Source: Felis catus (lineage: Eukaryota). From it: a DNA stretch of 64,000 nucleotides. The translations under genes and the position numbers were made by a program. The notes under the pieces were generated by a model. The model searched no databases, was not told where the DNA came from, and saw only the letters and a program-made list of their open reading frames with translations. Location: the NCBI RefSeq assembly GCF_018350175.1, contig NC_058368.1:81036001-81100000 (forward strand), read 5' to 3'. Position 1 is the first letter of the stretch; each line of letters starts with the position of its first letter. Below are positions 1 through 11,250 of the stretch, in pieces.

Positions 1-163
1 TGCTGTGACGGTGGCCTCAGTGGACAGGGCAGCCTGAGTGCTGGTCCCCGAGGCCTCTTTCCCATGGCCAGGGTGCCTCTCCCAGCCAGAGGCCTGGCGT
101 GAGCTGGCAGCAGGGTGGCCACTGTTCTCGTTTTCCGAGGGGCAGTGGGCTGGTCTCCACCAG

Positions 164-602
164 TGTAGGAGTCCTATCCTCTGGGCGCCCCGCTCCGGGG
201 TGGGACTGGAGGGGCTTAAAACAACAGGACACTGTTCTCTCCCAGTTCCGAGGCACGGTGTCCAAAACCAAGGTGTGGGTAGGGTCGTGCTCCTTCTAAA
301 ACCTGTGAGAGAGGATCCTTCCTTGCTTTTTCCAGCTTCCGGTGCTCCTGACCGTCTTCAGCGTCCTTGGCCGGTGGATGCATGGCTCCAGTCTCTTCCT
401 CTGTCTTCACATGGGCTCCTTTTATGTCTCTGTCTGTCTTCTGTTCTTACAAGGACACCAGTCATGCAGGATTAGGGGCCAGCCCAGCCCCAGTGTGGCT
501 GCACCTTAACTAGTTACATCTGCCACGACCCTGTTTCCAAATAAGGTCGTGTTCACGGGTAGCGGGAGGGGCATGATTTGTGGGAATGCTAACCAAGCCA
601 CG
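164..602 (-). mobile_element. MaLR solo LTR (MLT1B/C-like)
   Basis: Hallmark MLT1 antisense segments GGCTTAAAACAACAGGA, CTTACAAGGACACCAGTCAT..GGATTAGGGGCC and ACCCTGTTTCCAAATAAGGTC; boundaries approximate. Confidence 0.85.
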
Positions 603-984
603 GTACTTGTGAAATGTTCTTTCCAGCCTTGGATTCTGCCTAGTGCCTCAGTGACTACCAGGTGATGTGGCCCAGCCGGGGAGGGGCAGGAGTGCGGCGA
701 GGGTGGGGGTGGCACATACACATCCCTTCTCAGCACCATGACCGCCCCTGTGACCTGCCTTTGCACGGCTCTCTTCCGGATTGCCTTCGGTCCTTAATCT
801 GCAGACTCCTTCTAACTGTGTTCTCCTATCACCACTCTGGCCACATTGTCTCCATCAGTGAAAGCACTGGCTGGAGTGCGTAGCTGGAGAAAAATTAACT
901 GCCAAAGTCTACATGTTACACAGGTACTTGCTGTCCCCCAAGTTTGCATCTACAGCAGTTAAGACATCTATGTTGATGAACTAG

Positions 985-1200
985 ATAAACCCTCAGATAT
1001 CAGGCTTAACACTGTAGGAGTTTATTCCCACCTCCCACACAGACGGCTGTGGGTGTTCCTGGCCAGGGGGGTTCTCCAGGTGGCAATTCAGGCATCCAGC
1101 TCTTTCTGTCTTGTGGCCCATCCTCCTCAGCATGTTGTTCCCAAGGGACCAGCAAGGGACAGAACGTGGAGAGTGGCACTCGGGAGGGGCATGCCACTTT
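985..1200 (-). mobile_element. Old MaLR LTR fragment (MLT1I/J/K-like)
   Basis: GGCTTAACAC..GAGTTTATT..ATTCAGGCATCCAGCTCTTTCTGTCTTGTGGCCCATCC resembles old MLT1 antisense consensus; strongly diverged. Confidence 0.55.
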
Positions 1201-1879
1201 CTTTCATGACCTCCTGCACCTGCTCTGTGCAGGTCCCTGACCAGGAGATCCCCTCGGTGTCGAATCAGAGGGCGGGGCCCTGCCCCCACGGAGCCTTAGT
1301 CTCGTTGGATTAGCATCACCATGAACCCGGTCACCAAGCCGGGATTCCACAGATCAGTCTGCTTCCCTCTCACCTCGGTGTCCAGGCAGGATTTCTGTGG
1401 CCAGCCTAAATCTCAATCAGGATGGCTATTAAACTCAGTGGACTCCTCCTCAGCAGCTCCTAAATCTGTCTTCTCTTTGCCACGTGCCACAGAGCCGCCG
1501 CACGGCCTCCCCGCTGACCTTGCCTCTTGTGCTGACCACCTTCTGACTTTGCGTCACCTGCCAACACAGCGATCCTGAGACACCGTGGCTCAGACCGGGC
1601 TGTGGCTGTGCAGTCACACCCCAGTGCTCACCATGTGAGGTCCAAATTCATTATGTAAAGTACTAGACTCTCTGGAACGAGGCCTCTCCCGGTTTCTCCA
1701 TCTTTGTCCCTCAACACCCCCTCACCTCTCTGCTTCTGACCCACAAGCGCTCCGCCCACGCCAACCAAGCCCACTTAACACCTCCTGGCTACAGCACATT
1801 GTTCCTTATGTCTGTGTCCTTGAAGGAAATACGGTTCCTTCCTCTTACCTCTTGGTGAACTCCAAGAATGAATTCTTTA

Positions 1880-4370
1880 CTTTGATTTTAGTTTCATTTT
1901 TTTTTATCAACTATTAAATATGTAGATAGTTAAAAAGCTAAGTCATTCTCCAACATTTGCACAAAGGACAAAAGGCCTTTGTCCCTGTTTATCCCTGCTT
2001 GGAGACGATCGCTTCCAACTCTTCTCGGATTCTTTTGTATGTATCTCCGCATTTCTAAATAGAAGTGCTTGCATTGTTACTTCCTGAGTTTTTAATTTTT
2101 AGGCATTTATTTACTGAGCTGCAACTGTGAGAAAGTGGATTAGCCCCCTTCCCCCCCTTGGCCCCCAGGCTCCCAGCACTACAGCACACACGTACCTCAG
2201 GTGTGTTTGCTTTACCCGGTCTATTCGGTCGGGACACGTGGTACACCGGGAGGACCTTTCCTTTCCACACACGTTTCTTGGAGTTAACAACTGTCTTTTC
2301 CCCCTCGGTTTTCTGTGTGTTTATAACTAATTACAAACCAAAGTCTTCTCTAATTGGGTAAGTCTGTCCATACTCTCAGGGGTGCTGGGTATGTTATCAT
2401 TTCATCTTCTCGTGGAATCTCTTCCGGGGCCTTTAACCTCTTCTTTTTTTTAATTTATTTTTAAATTTATTTTTATTTTTATTTTTTTTAACGTTTATTT
2501 ATTTTTGGGACAGAGAGAGACAGAGCATGAACGGGGGAGGGGCAGAGAGAGAGGGAGACACAGAATCGGAAACAGGCTCCAGGCTCTGAGCCGTCAGCCC
2601 AGAGCCCGACGCGGGGCTCGAACTCACGGACCGTGAGATCGTGACCTGAGCCGAAGTCGGACGCTTAACCGACCGAGCCACCCAGGCGCCCCTAACCTCT
2701 TCTGGTCCAGACTCGTTTCCAGTCCCCTGTAGCGCCGCTGACTCATTAGGCCCCCCTCCGCTGCTATCTGGTGCTCCCTTTGCCTTTCTCTTGAGTTGGA
2801 CCCCTTATTTCCTGGACCTCGTGTTTTTCTCTTTCCTGACCCACTCCTTTTGTTGGAGCACTTCCTTCATTAGATTTCTCATTGAGTATATGTGGGAGGT
2901 AAAGTTTTTACAACTTGTGTGTCTGAAAATGATCTTTATTTTATCTTGTTTTTTTATTTGGAAGTTTGACTGGATATAGAAGCCCTAGCTGGAAATGGTT
3001 TTCATCCAGGATTTTGAAGGCATCAATGTTGCTCTGATCCTTTGTTTGTGGCCTTGTTTCTCTTCCCTCTGTGTTAGAACGACATAATGCTGTACTTGGA
3101 CGTAGGCCTTTTTTCATCTGTTGTTTGGCAGTGGTGGGCTTCTTCAATTTGGAAACATGTGTCCTGGAAGTTTTCTGGAATTACTTCATTGATGATTTCC
3201 TCCTCTCTGTTGTGACTGTTATCTCCTTGTAGAATTCCTGTTGTTTGGACACTGGACCAATCCTCTAATGTTCTTATCATTACTTCTTGTTTTCCATTTC
3301 TAAATTTTTATTTCTATATTCTCTTTCTTTGTGTTTTCCTCTACTTCCTGAGAGGTTTACTTACTGCATTTTATATTCCAGTCTTACTTATGGGCTTTCC
3401 ATTTTTGACATCATATATTTAATTTCAGCTTTGTTCTCTAAATGATCCCTTTTTATAGTTTCCTGTTCTTGTTTCTTCATTATAATGTCATCTTTTATCT
3501 CTTTAAAGATATTTATGATAGTCTTCATAAAGCTTGTTTTTTCTTGTATGGCCTTTGATTTATCTGAGTAAGTGTTTTAGTGCTTGTTAACTTGTCTTAA
3601 GCTCTGTATTTCATATTAGGGCCTTTGCTCATTTGTCTGATGATACTTTGTTCTTCTCTCATATTTAAGTAGGAGGCACTAAAGGCACCTTGGAAGCTCC
3701 AGGCTTGCAGGTGGGGTGTGATGATTGTGGGATTTATTGTTAAGGAGGTCACTATTACTTAAGTTGGGGGACTTTAATATTGGTGTCTGGAGGTCTTTCT
3801 TAGCCTAATCAGTTGGCCCAGCCTGCTGTCTGGACTATAGAGGCCTGACAGCTTGCATTCTGAGTGCCTAGTAAGGGAAGGTGCTGAAAACGTGATGTTT
3901 GCCAAGTTTTACTTTGTTTTACTTGTAGCACGGTGCTTCCCCATCCCTGTGCTTCAGTCTCCCACTTTGCTCACTCTGGAGGTTAAATCCATAGTCTTCT
4001 GCTGGGATGAGGGGGGTCATTCCCCCAGCTTGCCTGTACTGGGAATGGTGATCCGGGCATCTGACCTCTTATAAAGGAGACTTTTAATCCATCTGCCTGT
4101 TTTTATCCCCATTTGGTTTACAGCTTTCGGAGGTCCAGGGCGCTGGTGATTACTGAGACTCCAGGCCGGTCCCCCCGCCCCGCTGCCCCTGCTGGGGCTC
4201 TGCTTCCCCCAGTGTAGCGGGTCAGTGGCCGACCATCCGCCTACAGTCCGGCTCCCCAAATCATGTCACTGCTCCCTCCTCTCCTTTCTTCTCTATCCTT
4301 GTGGGTTTGTACCTTTAAAAGGAATCTTGGGCTCTTTCTTTGGTGGGGACTCAGAGCAGGATTCAGTCTG
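1880..4370 (-). mobile_element. HAL1 (half-L1, ORF1-only LINE-1 relative), decayed, interrupted by a SINE
   Basis: ORF 3074..3280(-) IRTLEDWS..GILQGDN..REEEIINEVIPENF..FQIEEAH..EKRPTSKYSI is L1 ORF1p-like; 2850-3030 (TGGAGCACTTCC..GGGAGGTAAAGTTTTT..TGTCTGAAAATG..TGGATATAGAA) matches remembered HAL1; no ORF2 remnant downstream of ORF1. Confidence 0.7.
2445..2692 (-). mobile_element. Young felid CAN-SINE (SINEC_Fc)
   Basis: Reverse strand begins GGGGCGCCTGGGTGGCTCGGTCGGTTAAGCG, has B box GTTCGAGCC, (CT)n tract and A-rich tail; 11-bp TSD TAACCTCTTCT at 2434-2444 and 2693-2703. Confidence 0.97.
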
Positions 4371-4964
4371 CCATCCTCACAGGGACAAAGCACAAGCTTA
4401 CCTCTCCTTTGGTATTTTCCCTAATCTCAGCCCAACCACCCGGCAAAATTGATCACTCTCGCCTTTGTTTGGGTCACCCTTGACCTTAATCATGCTGTCT
4501 AGGCCGTATCTCCATTTGGACAAAATGCTCCCTGAAAGAAGGGACAGGACCTTGGTTTATTTATGTCCAGTCCCTGCCGCAGTGCCTGGCATTCAGTCAT
4601 TCATTCTCCCAGCAGACATCCACAGGGTGCATGAAGTAGACATACAAATGTCAGGAATACAAAAACAAATTAGGTGTGGCCTGTGGGGTGGGGGTGGGGT
4701 GGCTCACTACAGTGTCCCAGGGCTGTGGGAGGAAACAACAAACATGTAATCCGTATGGCCTTGTATGTGTGAGTGTGTGTATATTCACATACATGTACAC
4801 ACTAAAACATGTAGCACTCAATAAAATCTGTACAACAAATGATACCTTCTTTCAAGATATTGACCGCACTTCCAAAAGTATAAGGAGCTAATGAATGTGA
4901 CCTTTGCTCCATTGTCATATTTACCAGCCTATTAAATGTGAAGGGATTTTTTTCAGAGTCTGAA

Positions 4965-4965
<1 letters not shown>

Positions 4966-5001
<36 letters not shown>
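4966..5001. repeat. (TG)18 microsatellite
   Basis: Perfect dinucleotide run. Confidence 0.97.
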
Positions 5002-5003
<2 letters not shown>

Positions 5004-5943
5004 AAATACATATGTATTTGCTCACTAATTCATTGGCCACGTCTGGCAGGCAGGCGGAAACACTGGTGAGGTAAATTTGTTTAGCCAAGGTTATCTCGCT
5101 GTTTATTAAATTGTGTTCTCTGTGTAGGAATCATGTCTGATTTACTCTTTCCACCCACAATACCCAGCAAATAGTTCTCTTGGAGTGCACAGTACATGGC
5201 AAAGGCTTGAAAAATATTGAATAAATAATGGATGGTTGAGTAGATGGACAGAAGATGGGTAGATAGGCGGGTGGGTAGGTGGTTGGGGGGTGGGGGGGTA
5301 CGCGAACACACGGCTACGTGGAAGGCTAGATGGGTGAGTGGAGGGGCGAATGATGCATTAATGGCTAGCCTTTGAATTTGAATTAATGATCTCAAAGGAA
5401 GGGCAGCTTTATGAAAATTAACTGACATGATGTGAAGGAAAACACTGGGTAAGCCCTAAAATAAAATGCATGGATTAAGGCGTTATTGTTGGATTTGTCT
5501 TCTTCATTCTATACCTCTTCTCAAACACACGATAAAGTGCCTTTCAGGTCGTCGTACCAATGGGTTTTGATTGTTGTAGAGCTAGATGCTAAAGCAGACA
5601 TCATGTAATGGTACTCATACACCGCCTGTCCTTGTCTATTTTTTCTCGACCTCAAGGACATGAAAGGAGGAAATGGACAAATGTTCCACTCCTTGTCTTT
5701 TATCTGAAAGTGCTAAAGTTTAATGAGAAAGAAAAGCCTTCAGAAAAGTCAGAATTTTATTTATTAACCACTTCTGTTTATTTTTTTATATGTCTGAAAA
5801 TTCGTCTTGTTAAAAAAAAAAGAGATCGTTATAAACTATGTAATTCTGAGTGTTAAGTTTTAGGCCTGAATTAACCATAGTTAGTCTCTAGTGGAGGGAA
5901 AGGGACTGACGTGCTTTATGATTTTTTATATCCTTAAGATCTG

Positions 5944-6176
5944 CAAGGGTTCTCAACTGTTCCCATGGCGAGGGGTGGTCTCCTCGGGAGAAGCCTGGCG
6001 ATATGCAGGTTAAGGTCCGGATTGTCCCTCTGGGGCTGGGGGAGAATAGCAGGCCTGGCACCCAGTGGGCAGAGGCCAGGGATGCTGCTGAGTATTTTAC
6101 AGCCACAGGAAACCCGGCTCCCAGCAAAGAGTTATCTGGTCCAAAGTCTCAACAGTGTCACAGCTGAGAAACCCTC
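5944..6176 (+). mobile_element. MER20 (hAT-Charlie non-autonomous DNA transposon)
   Basis: Starts CAAGGGTTCTCAAC, core CAGTGGGCAGAGGCCAGGGATGCTGCT..CAAAGAGTTATCTGGTCCAAA, ends TGAGAAACCCT. Confidence 0.85.
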
Positions 6177-8399
6177 ATGTAGGGCGAGAGAAACGACAAA
6201 GGGCCTACAGGTCATAAATCTTGGAAAGAAAGGAAGGTTTTGATGAGAACTTCACGTATAGAGCGGCTAACCTTTAAGGGTGTTGGAAAACTTACACACC
6301 CGCCCTTCCTTATGAGTCACGTCCAAGTGAAGGGAAACACTGGCGGAGCCCTGCTTCCTCACTTTCATTAACATACCTGGCTGATCGACCAAGCCACGCA
6401 CTCTAGTCAGGCAATGCAGAGAGGCCCTCTTGCTGGAATTAAAGATTAAGTCTGCAAGAGGCTAATTTGGGAAAGGAAAAAGCAAGCACAGCATTTCTAG
6501 TAACCTCTTCCAAGGAGGAGAGAGGCCATCGTTTTGCTTTAGATGTTACTGTTGTTTTAAGGCTAGATGTTGCCCGAGTCGCCTGCCTTCCTAGGCAGAG
6601 AGACCTGTACTTGTTTCTAAGACAGAATCTCCTTGCAGGATGATCACTGTATTTTGTCCAAGAATTTGAGTGAATTCTTGGATTTTAAATAAGGAGGACA
6701 AAATATCCAAATTTTACCAAAAATCAAAAGTAGCGAATAATATGGTAAGAAGTGGAAGAAGGGCCTCAGAGGAGCCATTGGATGGAGAGAAGAAAGGGGT
6801 TTTGCTTTAATTGGATTTTAATGATCCCCTCTTTCTCTCTTCTGGCCTTTTTTTTTTTTTTGTGAGGGGGAAAAAAACCTTAAAACATAAAGGTTAATCT
6901 AACTATACATTTTAAGCTTTTAAAGGCTCCATTACACAGCTTATTATGCTAACAGAAACATACCTGGCGTCTGCAGCTTCTAAATGTATCAGCAATGCAC
7001 GTAATGACTCACTTAAAAGACCATGGCCAGAACTCTTTCACTTATTTCTATGTAAATTGGATGCTTCACAATTACTATAATATGTGTGAAATTCCACTTA
7101 TTATTTCTTTTAACATAGAAACTTTTATCACTTAACTCACTGGACAGAATATTTGAGCCATTTGCAATCATTAGAGCATTTTGTTTGGTCAAACCCTTAC
7201 GGGATTATGCTTCAGAAAAGACAGTGAATTATATTCATTGCAAGAAAACAGCAATTTTAAATATATATGGGGCACCAGGAAACTTTTCATTTTAGTGCAA
7301 ATTCAATATTATATCTTACTTCTTTTTACAGCAGGGTAAGCTTTTATCTTTAAGCAATTTGTAAAACCCAGCATGTCACAGGAGTGAGGCAGACGGCGGA
7401 GATCAATCTGATAGATAAATAGGGGCTTTGGGGAGAGAGGATGTGGCATCCCTGGGACTTGGGGAGTGTCGCCTTGCCACCCTGGTGGACGGCCCACGAC
7501 GCTCAGCGCTTTCTCTCACTTCCAACGCGAATGAGCATCCAGATCCCGCCCGGCCCGGCCACCCTCAGCACCCCCAGCTTCCGGCAGAGACCCTCTACAC
7601 TCCCCTGAACTTTGTGCACCTCACTCTGAAGACCACTGGGTTTTTTTTCAAAGAGTCTCAAGGAAGAAACACAAAATGTGAGGAAGAAAGAGCATTATCA
7701 TTACCCCTGGGGCTGATTTCTCTTTGGGGCTCAGGGCTCCGTGTCTGAATCTGACACTTCATACAAGAGCCCCTGTGAGGCCTGGCGTATTTGAAGGTAC
7801 CTCTCCTGCCTTACTCATTTGGGATACTTTGTGGAGAGGGGAAACAGCATCCAAGTGGAAATTTGCATACGTGCACCCTGAATTTTAAGACAAAGCACAG
7901 GTGGGTTTGTTTTTAATAAAGGATTGAGAACACTAAATTCAGACCGGGATTAATATCTAATTATGTAAACACCTAAACCTTTGGGCAAGATTTATTATTT
8001 TTTTATTGTGTCATTTAAAATGAAGCAATTTCCAATTGACATATTTATTTCCCAAATTTTATTCTCCAAACTTCTACCAACGAAGATAAGCTGAGAAGTT
8101 TGCATGGGAGCTCTTATATATGGAATAAAAATCAAGTCATTGTATTTGGACTTTCATTATAATTTTTCCAGCTATATTCCTTAAAGAGAAGATACTTACA
8201 TTTCCCCCCAAAACTGAAAACAAAGTTGTTATTTTTCTATTAGTGTTATGTTCCTTTGCATTGTGATAGTGGTCTCTGTAGACATACACAGGAATTTTGA
8301 AATATGCCACGTAATATACGCACTCACACTTAGCCGAGCGTGCGTGCACGTGTGTGTCTGTGCGCGTGCACGTATGTGGGTGAAAGAGAGAAAGGGACA

Positions 8400-8950
8400 G
8401 AGAGGGGAGAGACCCAGGAGAGAACCACTGGTAACAAGGGGCTTCATCTTCCACTGGAAGTTAACTGGCATGGACTTGATGTCGGAACCGTTGTTAGCAC
8501 AATAATAGTAACAGGTGAATGTACGATAGGCCTCATCATTAACTTTGCACTAGAGGTAGATTCGGGTTTTAAAGTAAAAGACGGAGACTGAGATTCAAGT
8601 CCGTTTCGCATTCGAGGGAGCAACAGGGAAGAAGTACAACAGGCCAACCGGGCAGGCTGGACCACTAGGCACAGGAAGCAAACCGTCGGGAAACCGAGCG
8701 GCTCCCCCGGCACAACGAGCCACGGCCGCACGTACCACGTACACCGGCGAGTCAGACTATGCAACTGCCTGTCTTGGAGCCTCACGGCTGAAGGGCACAC
8801 ACGCACGTGCATGTATGCATAACGTAATTTGGGCATGTCGTGCAAGTAACTGAAAGAAACAGCAGCCACCAAGTAGTGGGTGAAGGACAGTCGATCCACA
8901 ATAGATGGAATAAAATGTGTAAATATTGCATATCCATTCTCGCGTTACTC
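8400..8950 (+). mobile_element. Possible highly decayed old L1 fragment (near ORF2 start)
   Basis: TAGTAACAGGTGAATGTA and GTAAAAGACGGAGACTGAGATT weakly resemble the L1 endonuclease start; similarity is weak and from memory. Confidence 0.25.
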
Positions 8951-11160
8951 TTTGATAGAAACGCGCACGCCAGAGGTACTGAGGCTGTGTGCAGACTGCT
9001 CAATAGAAGGAGGTGCCCGAAGAGAATTAAAGCACGCTGAAAGATGGCCATTACCCTCTTTGGGCTGGACGCTTAGAACAGACGATTTTATAAATTTTAA
9101 ATTGATAATGTATTCGTAGCTCAAGCAGAGGAAAACCCAATACGTTTTTTTATTCTTTTTTTTTTAAGCCTGCATATTTTCAAAGACCTCCTATAGTTAA
9201 CATTATAATATAGTTAGTTGCTACAAATAATCGGGGGTGATTATAGGAAAACTGTCAGTGTCTGCTCAAGGTCTGAAAAGGCTGCAGCAAATAGCTTTTC
9301 TCTTTGCCATGGAGACTGGGGTCTGTTTTTACGGTTACTCTGGAAACCGGAGCCTTGCTGGTGTTAGTCCTTTTCAGTTACTTTAGCTATTAAACCCTCT
9401 GGTTGAGACAAAAGGCAGGAGGGTTGCAGACACTTCCTTGGAGGAGCAGGGCTCAGGCTGGGGAACGGGGTCCTGTCTATTCAGCTGGGAACGCTCTCCT
9501 CAAGGAGGCGGCGTGCTGCACTCCCGTGGTCCGGGGTCTACCTTTGCATGTTAGAATTTGGAAGCACATCACCGAAGCGTGCCTCCCCCCTCCTCTGTTC
9601 CCCCAGACACGAAGCCAGTGCCTGGAGTTAGGTGGGGAAGACCTCTCCTCTAGCTGCCCAGGCCCCGGGGGGGTGGGGCGCAGGGACAGCACGAGCACTT
9701 TGAATGTGAACACAGGGTGGTGGACGCGAGGGGCGGTAGCAAGGGTCCCCGAGCGCCTGGGATTGTTTTTTGATGCAAATTCACACGTAGAGGCGACTGT
9801 GTGCATTTTGTTTTGTTTTAAGAAATCAGAGCAGAAATCACTGGTATTCTCTCCATCCTGTTACTGGATCCAGTAATCGCCTAGCGAGGAGAGCCCTGTG
9901 TTGGCAGATAGTTTACAGAGCAGGGAGGCCATCCGGAATGTGGAATTACAACAGGAATCCTGGATTCCTTGCAAGCTAGATGGGACTCTTCCCTTTTTTT
10001 TTTTTTTTTCCTTCTCTTCTCTCTCTTCCTCCAAACAGGAGTGTGCTTTCACCTGGGCGATAGTTTATCATTGCCTGTGTTTACCTTCATCTCACTTTCT
10101 GGTGGGAGTGTCCTCCTCTCAAGGAAAAGGGGTCCCCCCAGAAGGAGTGGCAGCCTGAACGGGCCACAAAGAGCATGCTTCTCAATGGAGCAGCCTGCCC
10201 TGGCAGGAACGTGGTCACACCGTGGAGGGAAGGCCACCGCTGGCGGGCGCAGGGGGCGTAAACCCCCTTCCCTGGGCTCGCTTACTTTTCATATGAACTA
10301 TTAAATGTGTCGCCCCAAACCCCATTACCATTCTCCCTCCATCCTGTCCATTACGAAGAATGAGATCCTGGCGACAGAGTTAACACTGAAATACTCACTT
10401 GAAAAAGAAGCAACCAAATTAATAACAAGGAGTATTTGTTAACAAGAAGCGGCATGAAGGAGGGAAAAAAACCCTGCTTTCTTTGTCAGTGCACTTACCG
10501 CACGCAGTTCAGTGTTCTTAGTTATTTTAAATCAAAATGTGGAGTTACTTTAAATCGAGAGGCAAGTGGAATTTCCCCCCTCCCTGCCCGCCATCAGCAC
10601 AGTGGAGAGTTCACAGTGACGTCCTCCGTCCTCCGGGCGGACCAAGGGAGGCGTCTGATTTGAATGGGCAGGGGCCCGAGTGCAGGAGGAGTCTTTCCGC
10701 CTTCTCAGTTCCAGCAAAGCAGAAACAGCAGTAACAGAAGGAACGTTCAGAGCCATGTAAAAGTTGCAAAGCCCACCATCGCCCCAGGCCAGGAGTTCTC
10801 ATGGCGGGTATGGCTTCTGAACGACTCTTCCTCGATGTGACCAGGACTTGCAGCGTGGTCTAAAACAGGATTCAAGGTGGCACCAGCCCTCCGCAGAAGG
10901 CCATTACGGTTTTTAATGGTCCTGTCATACTTTCAATCTAAATCACACTGATTTCTCTCTGAATGAAAATTACCTGGCAAATAGATCAAAGCTTAGTTCT
11001 CAAAATTAGGCTTATATTTAAAGAGAATTCAGAACCCAAGGATACACCATTAATAATTTACTAACAATCACGAATTCAGCTTTGGTTTGGGAAAAACATA
11101 AGTATAAGGAGATTCATAAAGCCCCACCCCCACCAATTTACATGTGTCTTCTGGATAATG

Positions 11161-11250
11161 TCATTCATTCATTCATTCATTCATTCATATCTTACAAAGA
11201 TTTGTTTGGTTGGTGCTAGCTATGTGCTGGGTCCTATTTCTGGTGTTGAG
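11161..11250 (-). mobile_element. L2 3' end with (TTCA)n tail
   Basis: (TCAT)n run followed by GTGCTAGCTATGTGCTGGG, typical of an L2 terminus read antisense. Confidence 0.65.

Noticed and set aside
729..748. REST/NRSE-like TCAGCACCATG
   Set aside because: The right half-site GGACAG is absent.
2499..2681. ORFs containing SVKRPTSAQV..LEPVSDSVSPSLS (also 40912..41169 and 17508..17705)
   Set aside because: Translations of CAN-SINE sequence. The tRNA-like heads are SINE parts, not tRNA genes.
10490..10740. Strong minus-strand donor CG|GTAAGT near 10498
   Set aside because: No convincing acceptor or coding frame upstream; isolated donors are common by chance.
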